From NCBI GenBank assembly GCA_963664875.1, contig OY761611.1, forward strand, positions 2,400,001 to 2,464,000: a stretch of DNA of 64,000 nucleotides, written 5' to 3'. Source of the DNA: Candidatus Kapaibacterium sp. (GTDB taxonomy: Bacteria; Bacteroidota; Ignavibacteria; Kapaibacteriales; UBA2268). Position numbers and translations under genes: made by a program. Every line of letters begins with the position of its first letter. Within the stretch, counting starts at the first letter, position 1. A model generated the notes under the pieces. The model was not told where the DNA came from and ran no database searches. It saw only the letters and a program-made list of their open reading frames with translations. Below, piece after piece: positions 50,440-61,706 of this stretch.

Positions 50440-51561
50440 ATGAATGACAGTAATCATACAAAACCTGAAAACAAAAACAGAATTCTATATATAGATTTGA
50501 TTAGAGCTTATGCTATTCTGATGATGGTGCAAGGGCATAGTATCGATTTAACTTTAGCTCCTCAGTTCCGTGATCCGGCATTTACCCTCTATGCAATCTG
50601 GGAGTTTTTTCGAGGCACAACTGCTCCAATATTTTTCTTTTCTGCCGGTACTATCTTCTCCTACTTATTTTTAAGGGCTCAAGCTAAGAATGAAGCTTTA
50701 GTAAGAATGAAAAAGGGACTAACGCGAGGAGCAAATTTAGTATTGATAGGGTACTTGCTTGTATTCAATGTGTTTGCGTGGTTTTCAATTCCGCCAAATT
50801 GGATAGAGTATCCACACCAGTTTGCAGTATCAGTACTTCATTGCATTGGAGTTGGGCTGATTTTGCTATCATTAGTTTTGTATTTGCTAAGAAATCTCAA
50901 TAAATATTTGACTATAGGGATTTTGATGCTGATTGCATCGTGTTTCTTCTTGTTCTATCCTGACGTTGAAAGATCAGAATGGGTTGCCAATCTGATATTG
51001 CCATTGAAAGCATATTTTACACGTACAGAAGGAACGTATTTCCCTTTAGTTCCATGGCTTGGTTATTTGTTTTATGGAGCTATGCTTGGAATAGTGCTAC
51101 AACTAAAAGACGGTATCCACAAAAGATGGTACTTTATTCTTGGCTTTATTAGTGTCGGTTTGCTTGGTCATTTTTATTCGGTTGACTTGCTCGATTACAT
51201 CTACAAGCAAACACTTTGGGATAACATTGCTTATCTGCGCGATTTTGATTTTCTATATTTCAGACTAGCACATGTTTTTGTCTTTGTAGGAATATTTGCT
51301 ATTATATCGTATGCTGATAAATATATTCCCAATCTTGTATTCGTTATAGGTCGCAATACGTTACTAATTTATATTGCCCAAGCTTTATTGCTATATAGTT
51401 TCCCTAAATATCTAGGCTTTTACTATGATATCGCCGCAAAACTAACTCCTTGGGGAGCAGTGTTAGCTGCTTTTGTAGTAGAGATAATTGCTATTAGCTT
51501 TATAGCCTTTATGGAAAAACTAAATAAAAAATACGGAAGAACTCTAATAAAGCTAAAGTAG
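50440..51561 (+). CDS. DUF1624/HGSNAT-like membrane acyltransferase
   Basis: RILYIDLIRAYAILMMVQGH, APIFFF, VLHCIG, FPLVPW, GRNTL. Confidence 0.8.
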   Translation: MNDSNHTKPENKNRILYIDLIRAYAILMMVQGHSIDLTLAPQFRDPAFTLYAIWEFFRGTTAPIFFFSAGTIFSYLFLRAQAKNEALVRMKKGLTRGANLVLIGYLLVFNVFAWFSIPPNWIEYPHQFAVSVLHCIGVGLILLSLVLYLLRNLNKYLTIGILMLIASCFFLFYPDVERSEWVANLILPLKAYFTRTEGTYFPLVPWLGYLFYGAMLGIVLQLKDGIHKRWYFILGFISVGLLGHFYSVDLLDYIYKQTLWDNIAYLRDFDFLYFRLAHVFVFVGIFAIISYADKYIPNLVFVIGRNTLLIYIAQALLLYSFPKYLGFYYDIAAKLTPWGAVLAAFVVEIIAISFIAFMEKLNKKYGRTLIKLK

Positions 51562-51714
51562 TTTTTGGGTTTTATTTTATAACAATGTAATACTTATAGA
51601 GTAGTCAACCCCAATGATTCACTTCCCTGATTTGTGAATATTTATAAAAAGAAGAAATTGCAAGGTAATATAATTTAACCTATATTGCATTCTTTTATAT
51701 AATCGTAAATCATT

Positions 51715-53061
51715 ATGAATTTGAACAATAAACTCAATTCTCTTATTCACAAGTTTGAAACCATAAACACAAAATGGTTTTGGTTCGTGTTGTTAGCAAT
51801 AGTTTTGAGACTACTGGCAGCATCCATAGGATTCAATTATGATTTAGAATCGTGGGCAATCGTAGGCAAAAGTGTTAGTTCAGGCGGTACAGTTTATCTT
51901 GATACTTTTCGCTATACCACAGGTCCAATTTGGTGTTATGTCCTTGGAGGAATATATTTTATACATGATCTACTGGGTATGAGCGAAACAACAAGCTACC
52001 ACCTGATGGTAACTTTGTTTCTTTCTATGGTAGATGTGGTAACCGGATATTTAGTTGCCAAAAATTCAAAACCAATTTATGGGCTCATCGTAATACTCAA
52101 CCCTGCTTCGATTTTAATTTCAGGATTCCATACTCAATTTGAGTCATTTGCACTAATTTTTGCTTTTCTCTCATGGCTGATTACCATTAAATCAGAAAGT
52201 GATTCCAAAAATCATTTGTATGCTGCGATTCTTGTTGGAATATCTCTAACAGTCAAGCATATTCTTGTATTTTATCCAATTTGGTTATTCATGGCAAATA
52301 AAGACATAAATTTAAAAAACAGATTGTACTATCTGGTTATTCCTTATGTCGTGTTCCTTGGATCATTTGTTCCATTTATGATAGATGAAGCGGTCAGACA
52401 GGGAGTTATCGAACATGTTTTCAGATATCAATCTGCCATAGGTACCAGTCTTATGGGTATGGTGTTGTCACTACTTCCTGATTTCATAATGAAAGATTTA
52501 CTTGGATGGATTCCTGTTTTTTCAGGTATGAAGTTCTTCTTTCTGATTACTATGCTTTACACAGGATTTGTAGTATCGAGGAATAGATACAAGCAATTAT
52601 TTCCTTTTTACTTAGTATCTATGATTGTCTTTACACCTTCTTTTGCAGATCAGTACTTGGTTATCCCTGTAATTGCAATGGCAATGTACATCAAACACTT
52701 TGAAATGAAGATGTATCTTGCAGCTATATCAGTGTATCTTATGTTTATTACACCGAACAACATTGGCCCTTATTTTGTTCCTAAGATTCTAAAAATCGGG
52801 ACGTCATTAATATCTACTGCTGATTCAGGAACAGATTTGAAAAATGAGTTTGAAGAAGTTCCTGGGGTATTAAATGCCGGAGTTGGAAATTTTACTGATA
52901 GTATCTCTACAGTAAAAAGTCAATATACAGGCTCAGAGAAGATTGTTAAGATAAAAGAAATTGTCAAAAGTTTATTGTTTTTGATTTATCCACTAACACA
53001 AATATGGTTGGTTGTTTTTTATATAAGGTTTGTCGTTGGGAGAAATAAGCTTTTCGAATAA
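51715..53061 (+). CDS. GT-C fold membrane glycosyltransferase (GT87/PIG-M-like)
   Basis: YDLESW, YTTGPIW, LNP.SILISGFHTQFES, SLTVKH; multiple TM helices. Confidence 0.65.
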   Translation: MNLNNKLNSLIHKFETINTKWFWFVLLAIVLRLLAASIGFNYDLESWAIVGKSVSSGGTVYLDTFRYTTGPIWCYVLGGIYFIHDLLGMSETTSYHLMVTLFLSMVDVVTGYLVAKNSKPIYGLIVILNPASILISGFHTQFESFALIFAFLSWLITIKSESDSKNHLYAAILVGISLTVKHILVFYPIWLFMANKDINLKNRLYYLVIPYVVFLGSFVPFMIDEAVRQGVIEHVFRYQSAIGTSLMGMVLSLLPDFIMKDLLGWIPVFSGMKFFFLITMLYTGFVVSRNRYKQLFPFYLVSMIVFTPSFADQYLVIPVIAMAMYIKHFEMKMYLAAISVYLMFITPNNIGPYFVPKILKIGTSLISTADSGTDLKNEFEEVPGVLNAGVGNFTDSISTVKSQYTGSEKIVKIKEIVKSLLFLIYPLTQIWLVVFYIRFVVGRNKLFE

Positions 53062-53232
53062 GAGTCAATAAATATTGATATTTCAGCAGAATATTTCTTT
53101 TTCAGTATGGACATACTAAGAGATATCGAGTTTTGATAAGCTCTTTTGTATGAAAAATAAATATTTCTTTGAAAAAGCCTCAGATATAAATACATTGCTA
53201 TATTCAAATTATCACTATTTGAGGAGCTTGCA

Positions 53233-54201
53233 ATGGCTATAAAGAAAAATGCCGGTAGCCCTTTCCTTATTGGATTGTTTGTTATTTTGGGTACGGTAGT
53301 TATTATAGGTTCTCTTATTTGGCTAGGAGCCAATCAATTCCTCAAAGAACAAGTTTTTTTTGTTACTTATTTCGATACCTCTGTCGAAGGTCTGGAGAAA
53401 GGCTCTGCTGTAAAATATCAGGGTGTACCTTGTGGCTCTGTAAAAACTATTAAGGTTGCTCCCGATGGTAAGCTTGTAGAGGTCGTGATGCAACTCGATC
53501 CTACAATAAATATTACAGACTCCTTGCGTGTGCAACCTGCTCTTGCCGGAATTGCCGGGGGCAAATTTTTACAACTGCATTATCCGTCCAATCCAGAGTT
53601 AGCTGCTGCTTATCCTGAAACATCTTTTGATTCTCCTTATCCTCTAATAAAGTCTGCTCCATCTGGCCTTGAAGAAATAGAGATTGCTATGAGAGAAGTA
53701 ATGAATAATTTCATGCAAATCAATACGGGGGAGATATCAGAAAGTGTTACTAATTTTTTGAATGAATCAACATATTTTTTGAGCAACAAAGCTATCTACC
53801 AAACGATTGACAATCTAAATAAATCGACGGCTACTCTGGCTTCAATTTTGCAAAAAGCTGATACGATTCCGGTGCTTGACAATGTTACTGATGTTACTCG
53901 ACAACTACTTGCTTCTGCAAAAGAAATTAATATCTTTACTCAAAAACTAAACAGCAAAATTGAGGCTATTAGAATAAGTGATCATTTAGAACATACTTTT
54001 GCGGCACTGGATACCACCATTTTTGCCTCACACAGAGTAATAAATGGTTTCGGTTCTAAAAGTGAAATGATGATTCAGGAATTTCATTACACTCTAAACG
54101 AAATTCGAGAAACAAATAAATACCTTCAGAAAGCCATAAGAGCGATTTCTGAAAACCCATCTGCAGTTTTTTTAAGCGAACCACCTGCAAAAGAGGATTA
54201 G
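53233..54201 (+). CDS. MCE/MlaD-family protein
   Basis: N-terminal TM, YFDTSVEGLEKGSAVKYQGVPCGSV, coiled-coil tail, ISENPSAV. Confidence 0.9.
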   Translation: MAIKKNAGSPFLIGLFVILGTVVIIGSLIWLGANQFLKEQVFFVTYFDTSVEGLEKGSAVKYQGVPCGSVKTIKVAPDGKLVEVVMQLDPTINITDSLRVQPALAGIAGGKFLQLHYPSNPELAAAYPETSFDSPYPLIKSAPSGLEEIEIAMREVMNNFMQINTGEISESVTNFLNESTYFLSNKAIYQTIDNLNKSTATLASILQKADTIPVLDNVTDVTRQLLASAKEINIFTQKLNSKIEAIRISDHLEHTFAALDTTIFASHRVINGFGSKSEMMIQEFHYTLNEIRETNKYLQKAIRAISENPSAVFLSEPPAKED

Positions 54202-54205
54202 TGCC

Positions 54206-54961
54206 ATGAACGTAATAAAAGATTTGGAAAGCATTATTGAAATCATTTGTGATGCAAAAAGCATCGCAGTGCTTACCGGGGCTGGCGTCTCTGCAGAAAG
54301 TGGAATTCGAACTTTTAGAGATCCTGATGGATTTTGGGCTAAACTTAATCCTGCCGAGCTTGCTAGTGCTAATGGGTTTATTGCAAATAGGCAATTAGTC
54401 TGGGATTGGTATCAGGAAAGAAGAGCAATTATTGCTGAATGTCAGCCCAATTCAGGACACTACGCTATTGCAAAGTTGGAAGCATTGGTCGACGATTTTA
54501 CTTTAATTACTCAAAATGTTGATAGACTTCATCAAAGTGCTGGTTCGAGAAATGTTCTCGAATTGCACGGAAATATTATAGATAACCACTGCTTTGACTG
54601 TGGGCAGACTTATGAAAATGCAATTGATCCACGAGACCACTCATTGCCAAACTGCCAAAATTGTGGTGGCAAAATAAGACCTTCTGTCGTTTGGTTTGGC
54701 GAAATGCTACCGGAATACGAAATGGAACAAGCAGTCATTTCTGCACAAAAATCTGATGTTTTCTTTACAATAGGTACTTCTGCAGAGGTATATCCTGCAG
54801 CAAATCTACCTCTGATTGCTAAAGATGCGGGGGCTTATGTGATAGAAATAAATCCAAATCCAACAGCAATCTCGAGCTATATGGATTATGTTTTGCGTAT
54901 GACTTCAGCACAGGCAATGCCTGTAATATTAGAAGAAATAATAAAAAGGAAACCAAAATGA
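54206..54961 (+). CDS. cobB: NAD-dependent protein deacylase (sirtuin)
   Basis: LTGAGVSAESGIRTFR, TQNVDRLH, ELHG, RPSVVWFGE, GTSAEVYPAA. Confidence 0.95.
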   Translation: MNVIKDLESIIEIICDAKSIAVLTGAGVSAESGIRTFRDPDGFWAKLNPAELASANGFIANRQLVWDWYQERRAIIAECQPNSGHYAIAKLEALVDDFTLITQNVDRLHQSAGSRNVLELHGNIIDNHCFDCGQTYENAIDPRDHSLPNCQNCGGKIRPSVVWFGEMLPEYEMEQAVISAQKSDVFFTIGTSAEVYPAANLPLIAKDAGAYVIEINPNPTAISSYMDYVLRMTSAQAMPVILEEIIKRKPK

Positions 54962-55332
54962 TTATAGGTATTGGAACTGATATAGTCGAGGTTGGAAGAA
55001 TACAAGATGCCATAGAAAAGTATGGAGAGAGATTTCTTAATAAGATATTTACTAAAACTGAGCAGGAATATTGCAATTCCTACAACGAAACAAAGTATGT
55101 GCATTATGCAGCTCGTTTTGCAGCAAAAGAGTCTTTCAGCAAAGTAATCGGTACAGGTCTTACGCGCGGATTCAAATTTACTGAAGTAGGAATCAGAAAC
55201 AAAGAGTCAGGTGAACCTTATCTCGATTTATCAGGCGGTATGTTAGAAAAATGGGGCAGATACCACACTTTTGTTTCTCTTTCTCATACAGACAACAATG
55301 CTTTGGCTTATCTTGTAATGGAGGAGAGATAA
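54958..55332 (+). CDS. acpS: Holo-ACP synthase
   Basis: IGIGTDIVE, AARFAAKES, VSLSH. Confidence 0.95.
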   Translation: MIIGIGTDIVEVGRIQDAIEKYGERFLNKIFTKTEQEYCNSYNETKYVHYAARFAAKESFSKVIGTGLTRGFKFTEVGIRNKESGEPYLDLSGGMLEKWGRYHTFVSLSHTDNNALAYLVMEER

Positions 55333-55334
55333 TT

Positions 55335-56021
55335 ATGAGCTATATCACAACATCTGTACTCATTCCGGCAGGAGGTACCGGTAATAGATTCGGTGCAGAA
55401 ATTCCTAAACAATTTACTGAAATAAGTGGTATTCCAATCATTATACATACCTTGAAACAATTTTGGATATGTGACAACATTATTATTGCATCACATCCTG
55501 AATGGATTGACCACTTGAAGACACTGATATATGAGCATTCAATCCCAAACGTAAAAGCAGTTGTTGAAGGTGGCAGGACAAGACAAGAATCAGTATATCA
55601 TGCTTTGAGTCATGATGCTGTGCAAGAATCTGAAGTTGTTTTAGTGCATGACGCAGTTCGACCCTTTGCGTCAAAAGAATTGATTCAAAAAATAATGCTA
55701 AATGCCATTGAGTATGGTGCTGCTATACCCGGGCTAACTCCAAAAGATACTATCAAACAAGTAACAAGTGAAAACATAATTGACAAAACTATAGATCGAA
55801 ATACTTTGCAAATGGTTCAAACACCTCAAGGATTTAGATACTCTATAATTAAGGCTGCATTTGACAATGCATTGTCGCAAAAGTTTGAAGGAACTGATTC
55901 TGCTTCTTTAGTAGAATTACTTGGAAAACCTGTCAAAGTAATCGATGGAGAGGAAACCAATATCAAAATCACTACTCCATTAGACAAAATTTTAGCTGAA
56001 CATATAATTCACAGCAAATAG
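55335..56021 (+). CDS. ispD: 2-C-methyl-D-erythritol 4-phosphate cytidylyltransferase
   Basis: PAGGTGNRF, PKQF, GGRTRQESV, VHDAVRPF, QTPQGF, NIKITTP. Start at 55335. Confidence 0.95.
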   Translation: MSYITTSVLIPAGGTGNRFGAEIPKQFTEISGIPIIIHTLKQFWICDNIIIASHPEWIDHLKTLIYEHSIPNVKAVVEGGRTRQESVYHALSHDAVQESEVVLVHDAVRPFASKELIQKIMLNAIEYGAAIPGLTPKDTIKQVTSENIIDKTIDRNTLQMVQTPQGFRYSIIKAAFDNALSQKFEGTDSASLVELLGKPVKVIDGEETNIKITTPLDKILAEHIIHSK

Positions 56022-56183
56022 ATTTGCATCATAGCAAATTTTAACATACTTTTGAGTTACTAATAGTGTACACTCACTCCTTCCTTTATCCACCTAAAAT
56101 TGGAGTGTACTTGATATTCGTAAAATAAAGTACAAACAAGTACTTGTTATATTTATGGAATTAACATATTTAAAAGGTGGACT

Positions 56184-57290
56184 ATGAAAAAGCTAATGTG
56201 CCTCTTTGCATTGCTTCTATGCACTTCTCCTATGTTTTCGCAAAAAAATGAAGCTCCGGAAATTTCTACTTCTGTGTATGTAGATGCGTACTATGCGACT
56301 GATAATGATAACTCAACAGGATGGGGACAAAACAGAAAGTATTCCTTTGTCAATTACCGGAAAGATGTTTTCGGCTTGAATGCTGCTAATTTCACCTTAT
56401 CTGCTAAAGCCACCAATTATAGAGGTAAGTTAACCTTGCAGGCAGGTGATATCAAAAAATCTGCTTGGGATGGAGTTACTGACAATCCAAGCCTTTATGA
56501 AGGAAATTTTGGGATACGTCTCTTCGAAGGATTTTGGATAGATGCAGGTTATTATATAACACATATTGGTGCCGAAGCCGTTTTGCCAATTGACAACTGG
56601 ATGTCAATTCATAATTGTGTAGGTTATTTTGAGCCTTTTTATTCTTCAGGCATCAAAGCTTCTTATGATATAAATGAAAATTGGCATGCTGAACTTCATT
56701 TAGTAAACGGGAACGGTATCATAGAAGACAATAATTCCAATAAATCTGTTGGCTATTACTTGTCATATACCGACAGCAAGTTTTTTGCATCCTATTCAGG
56801 TATAGCAGGTAATGAAGAGTCTTCTGCTGATGATTCAAAATTAGCGACTTATAGCAATTTCCTCTTCCAATATACATTCTCAGACAAATTTGCAATGAAA
56901 GCACAATTTGACTTTGCAACAAGAGCAGACGTGCCGGATCCTATAACAGAAGATGTGCAACAGGCCACTTATATGGGTACTGCTATCCAAGCACAATGGA
57001 AATTTGTAGATAATTTTGCTTTTGCAGCAAGGTTTGCTTATGCTGATAACACAAAAGAGGCAAGACTTATGCCTGACGGACTATACAAAGGTATGGGTAT
57101 TACTGCAAACCTTACTTACTTCCCAACTGCCAATTCTTTCATTCGCTTGGAAGGAAGAATGCTTCAATTCGATGATGATGATACTCCTCAATTGACTAAT
57201 AAACCATTTATCGACACAGACGGCAATCCGACTAATTCGAGAATGGAAATAATGCTCAACTATGGTTTGCGTTTCGACGCTATATTTTAG
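56184..57290 (+). CDS. Putative outer-membrane porin (BBP2/OmpL-like beta-barrel)
   Basis: Signal peptide; YVDAYY, IDAGYYITHIGAE, EPFYSSG, DNNSNKS; terminal F. Confidence 0.7.
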   Translation: MKKLMCLFALLLCTSPMFSQKNEAPEISTSVYVDAYYATDNDNSTGWGQNRKYSFVNYRKDVFGLNAANFTLSAKATNYRGKLTLQAGDIKKSAWDGVTDNPSLYEGNFGIRLFEGFWIDAGYYITHIGAEAVLPIDNWMSIHNCVGYFEPFYSSGIKASYDINENWHAELHLVNGNGIIEDNNSNKSVGYYLSYTDSKFFASYSGIAGNEESSADDSKLATYSNFLFQYTFSDKFAMKAQFDFATRADVPDPITEDVQQATYMGTAIQAQWKFVDNFAFAARFAYADNTKEARLMPDGLYKGMGITANLTYFPTANSFIRLEGRMLQFDDDDTPQLTNKPFIDTDGNPTNSRMEIMLNYGLRFDAIF

Positions 57291-57356
57291 ACTCTAAACT
57301 GAGCAAATATCTAATCATTCTTTTCATTATGTCTAACATTTAAAAAGTTGAGTCTT

Positions 57357-60300
57357 ATGAAACTAAGCAACATGAAAATGAAAACAAAACTCATGGCTGT
57401 ATTAGTGCCGGTGATTTTTGTAGCTTTTTCGCTTACAATACTATTTGTCTATTCCAAAACAGACACCATAGTAAGAGCTATCACATTTAGCGATGCTGAA
57501 AACCTTGCTAAACAATATGGCAATCAAATAAAAGCAGAGTTGGAAGAGCCGTTGGTCACTGCCAGATCAATGGCAAGTAGTATGGCAGAATTTTCTTCCA
57601 TTCCGATAGAAAAAAGAAGAGAATTTTACTTACAGAGCCTAAAAAAAAATCTTGAAGATAATCCACAGTTCCTTGGAGCCTGGACAGTTTGGGAATCTAA
57701 CGCATTGGATGGTATGGACTCAGAGTATTCTAATACTCCGGGTCACGACGCATCAGGACGCTTTATCCCCTACTGGAACTACGCCGGAGGTCTTCACCTC
57801 GAAGCCTGCGTCACTTATGACACTGAAGATTCTCAAAGTGATTATTACAACAGGCCTAAAAAAACAAAACAAGAACTAATTTTAGAACCATTCTCGTACG
57901 AAGTAAATGGTGAAATGGTGCAAATGGTGAGTGCAGCCTGCCCTATAATTGTCAATGGAGAAGTAGTGGGCGTAGCCGGTGCAGATTTGGGTATCAATGC
58001 TATATCGCAAAGGATTGGTGAACTCAAACCTTATAATAGTGGCTATGCTGCTCTTATAGCATCAAATGGTGTATATGCCGCACATCCTAATCCTAAAATG
58101 CTTGGAAAAATGATAGATGAAGAAAAGCAGGATGTCTATAAAACTGCTAAAGAAAAAATATTAGCAGGGGAGCAATATGATTTTGAGTTTTATAATGAAG
58201 AAAACAGCAGAGACGAAAAGATATTCTATATTCCAATCGAAATAGGTAGATCGGGATTGAAATGGTATCTTGCCATTGCCTGCCCAATTGACGAAGTCCT
58301 TGCCGAAAATCAAGCTCTTCAGCAATTACTTATTCTTATAGGCATTGTTGTGGTTGCGATTCTAATTGTTGCAATTTTCCTTCTTGCCCGTTTTATTTCT
58401 AAACCTCTGGAAATTATGCAGGAAGCAGCTGACAAACTTTCTCGTGGAGATATGAGTGCTGATTTGAGTATCGAAGCTACCGACGAAATCGGTCAGTTAG
58501 CCTCAAGTTTTCGGAACATGAAGTCAGCGATAGAGTCAGTGATCAATGAGTTGGGAGAAATAACAATAGCCACAACAAACGGCAGATTAGACAAGAGATG
58601 TAACACAACAAAATTCCAAGGCTCTTACAAAGAAATAGTTGTAGGTGTAAACGGAACTTTGGATGCAGTAATCCAGCCATTGAACATGACCGCGGAGTAT
58701 GTCGATAGAATAGCCAAAGGGGATATACCTTCGAAAATTAATGAAGAGTATAAAGGCGACTTTAACGAAATCAAAAACAATATCAACCAGCTAATAGATA
58801 CCCTTAACTTTTTTGTAAATGATATGTTAAATATGTATCATCAGCAAAAAGCAGGTGATATTGAAGTGATGATGCATCCCGATAACTTCCTTGGAGTTTA
58901 CAGGGAAATGGCAAACGGAGTCAATAATGTAGCCGGTATTCACTTAAATAATATGCTTATGATATTGAATATCTTGGAATCTTATGCCAATGGTGATATG
59001 ACTCCTGTCTTAGATCAGCTACCCGGCAAGCAGGCGATTGCAAATGAAAGAATGGACATGCTTCGCAACAATCTGTTAAATATCATCACAGAGTTGAATA
59101 AAATATCTGATTCTGCTATAAACGGCAGGTTAGATGTCAGAGGTAATGCTGATAATTTCAAAGGTGCATACAACGAAATAGTAAGCGGGATTAATGGTAC
59201 TTTAGATGCCATCATCAACCCATTAAATGTAGCAGCCGAGTATATTGACCGAATTTCTAAAGGAGATATTCCTGATATTATCACTGATGAATATAAAGGT
59301 GACTTCAATGAAATGAAGGAAAACTTTAACAGGCTCTTTGCTACTTTAAACAATTTCATATCTGATATGAAGCACATGTATGAAGTACATAAAGCAGGTG
59401 ATTTTGAGGGAGTTATGGCAGAAGAGAAATATCTTGGTGCCTTCCGCGAAATGACTTCAGGTGTAAACAACTCTGTTCAGATGTATGTTCAGTTATTAGC
59501 TGAAATCCTATCTATTGCAGAAGCTTATGCTCAGGGTAATTTCAACGAACAACTCAGAGAATTGCCCGGCAAACAGATAGATGCTACAAATAGGATGAAT
59601 CTACTTAAAGAAAATTTGCTAAAAGTAGTATCTGAGCTTGATAAATTGGGTCTTGAAGTTAAAACAGGTAATCTGGATTACAGCTGTGACGAATCTAAAT
59701 TCCAAAATGGCTGGAAAGATCTGGTTGTTGGTCTGAACAATATGAAAGACTCTGTAGCCAAACCTGTTAATGATATGAATGATATTTTGAAACATATCTC
59801 TGTAAATGATTACCAGGTTGTTTTCGAGAGCGGTTACGAAGGTGTTTGGCTCGAGCAGCAAAATTACACTAAGGATGTTATTGGTAGACTGAACCACATT
59901 TTGAAAATTACGAGAAATGTAAGTAACGGCAACTTAGAAGATTTGGAACATCTTCAAAATGTAGGTAAGCGAAGCGCTAATGATGAGTTAGTTCCATCAT
60001 TTATCCGAATGATCGAATCTATCAAGAGACTTGTAGTGGATGCGGAAGAAGTTGCTAAATATGCTGCGGATGGACAATTACACAAGAGAGCAGATGAGAG
60101 TAAGCACAGTGGCGAATTTGCCAATGTCATAGGAGGCTTCAACAAAACTATAGACAATTTGGTAGCACCACTCCGCATAGCTGCATCATTTGCCGATGCA
60201 ATCAGCAAGGGCGACCAATTTGAAGCCTTGACGGATGATTACCGTGGCGAATACAAAGCAATGGCAGACAATATCAACACCTGCATAGAAGTACTCAACA

Positions 60301-61478
60301 GATTCTCACAAGACATCTATGATCAGACAGAAGCCTCAATTAACGGTCAGCTTGGAGTGAGAACTGATATTAGCCGCTACACAGGAGCATGGCGAGGCAT
60401 GGTCGAAGGTATGAACAACATAATGGATGCAATGTCTAAGCCTCTGAATGAAGCAGGAAAAGTGCTGGAAGTACTTGCCGCAGGGGATTTGAGGTCAAGA
60501 ATGCAAGGCAATTACGAAGGTGAATTTGACAAGTTGAGTATGAACATCAACCGCCTTGGCGATTCTCTGCAGGACTTGATAAGGAATGTAATAGAAGTAG
60601 TAAATGCAGTATCGGAAGCATCTAACGAAATAAATTCTAACTCAAACACAGTAGCGACAGCATCGCAGGAGCAAAGTTCGCAGGCAGAAGAAATCGCAAC
60701 AGCGATAGAGCAGATGGCAAGGACGGTAACAGAAAATGCAGACAACGCCGGCAAAACTTCAGTGGAAGCGAAGAACAACGGTCAGATAGCCAAAGAGGGC
60801 GGCAGCATAGTCAGCCAGACAGTAACTAAGATGCAGGATATAGCCACAGTGGTAAGGCAGTCTGCTGAAAATATCCAAAAGCTCGGTGAATCCAGCAAGC
60901 AAATAGGGCAGATAATATCTGTAATCGACGAGATAGCAGATCAGACAAATCTATTGGCGCTTAATGCAGCAATAGAAGCCGCCCGTGCCGGAGAGCAGGG
61001 CAGAGGTTTTGCAGTAGTAGCCGATGAGGTCCGCAAACTTGCCGAACGCACAACGGAAGCCACCAAACAAATAGCAACCATGATTAAAGGAGTGCAGGAA
61101 GAGACTGAAGGAGCTGTCGGTATTATGAAAAAAGGAAACGACGAAGTAAAACAGGGTATAGACTTAGCAGACCAGGCAGGCAAATCGCTTTCTAACATAG
61201 TAGGCTCTACAAATCATGTGATAGAAATGATAATGCAGATAGCCGCAGCCAGCGAAGAGCAATCAGCGACAACCGAGCAAATAGCTAAAAACATAACAGC
61301 AATTTCATCAGTGTCGCAGGAGACTGCAGAGCAAATATCATTTATAGCAGAAGCTGCAACCCGAATGAGCGAATACACATCGCAGCTCAATCTTGTTGTC
61401 AATCAATTTAAAATAGACGAAGAAGAGGATTTTAGAGCTTTGCCCGGCAGCGGTCGCAAACATCTAATGCCTCACTAA
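57357..61478 (+). CDS. Methyl-accepting chemotaxis protein with dCache sensor and poly-HAMP array
   Basis: Two TM helices, dCache motifs (GRFIPYW, YYNRPK, EPF), repeated HAMP units, signalling hairpin [38 protein letters not shown]. Confidence 0.95.
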   Translation: MKLSNMKMKTKLMAVLVPVIFVAFSLTILFVYSKTDTIVRAITFSDAENLAKQYGNQIKAELEEPLVTARSMASSMAEFSSIPIEKRREFYLQSLKKNLEDNPQFLGAWTVWESNALDGMDSEYSNTPGHDASGRFIPYWNYAGGLHLEACVTYDTEDSQSDYYNRPKKTKQELILEPFSYEVNGEMVQMVSAACPIIVNGEVVGVAGADLGINAISQRIGELKPYNSGYAALIASNGVYAAHPNPKMLGKMIDEEKQDVYKTAKEKILAGEQYDFEFYNEENSRDEKIFYIPIEIGRSGLKWYLAIACPIDEVLAENQALQQLLILIGIVVVAILIVAIFLLARFISKPLEIMQEAADKLSRGDMSADLSIEATDEIGQLASSFRNMKSAIESVINELGEITIATTNGRLDKRCNTTKFQGSYKEIVVGVNGTLDAVIQPLNMTAEYVDRIAKGDIPSKINEEYKGDFNEIKNNINQLIDTLNFFVNDMLNMYHQQKAGDIEVMMHPDNFLGVYREMANGVNNVAGIHLNNMLMILNILESYANGDMTPVLDQLPGKQAIANERMDMLRNNLLNIITELNKISDSAINGRLDVRGNADNFKGAYNEIVSGINGTLDAIINPLNVAAEYIDRISKGDIPDIITDEYKGDFNEMKENFNRLFATLNNFISDMKHMYEVHKAGDFEGVMAEEKYLGAFREMTSGVNNSVQMYVQLLAEILSIAEAYAQGNFNEQLRELPGKQIDATNRMNLLKENLLKVVSELDKLGLEVKTGNLDYSCDESKFQNGWKDLVVGLNNMKDSVAKPVNDMNDILKHISVNDYQVVFESGYEGVWLEQQNYTKDVIGRLNHILKITRNVSNGNLEDLEHLQNVGKRSANDELVPSFIRMIESIKRLVVDAEEVAKYAADGQLHKRADESKHSGEFANVIGGFNKTIDNLVAPLRIAASFADAISKGDQFEALTDDYRGEYKAMADNINTCIEVLNRFSQDIYDQTEASINGQLGVRTDISRYTGAWRGMVEGMNNIMDAMSKPLNEAGKVLEVLAAGDLRSRMQGNYEGEFDKLSMNINRLGDSLQDLIRNVIEVVNAVSEASNEINSNSNTVATASQEQSSQAEEIATAIEQMARTVTENADNAGKTSVEAKNNGQIAKEGGSIVSQTVTKMQDIATVVRQSAENIQKLGESSKQIGQIISVIDEIADQTNLLALNAAIEAARAGEQGRGFAVVADEVRKLAERTTEATKQIATMIKGVQEETEGAVGIMKKGNDEVKQGIDLADQAGKSLSNIVGSTNHVIEMIMQIAAASEEQSATTEQIAKNITAISSVSQETAEQISFIAEAATRMSEYTSQLNLVVNQFKIDEEEDFRALPGSGRKHLMPH

Positions 61479-61512
61479 ATCTTCTCAGCTTTTTATTATT
61501 CTTAAAACTTAT

Positions 61513-61555
61513 AACTACTCTTGGCTTTTTTTGAGTGCCGAGAGTAGTTTTTTTT
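61513..61555 (+). terminator. Intrinsic terminator
   Basis: aactactcttggc...gccgagagtagtttttttt. Confidence 0.8.
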
Positions 61556-61706
61556 GATTAAAGAATATACTTGATTTTAGGTATGTAAAAAGATAAATTA
61601 GTACCTAATATTTCTTAATAGAATGACATTGCTTGTCTATAATCTTTATATTGCTAATATTTTGAAATCAAATATTGCATTTTATACACATCAAAAGGGA
61701 AACAAT

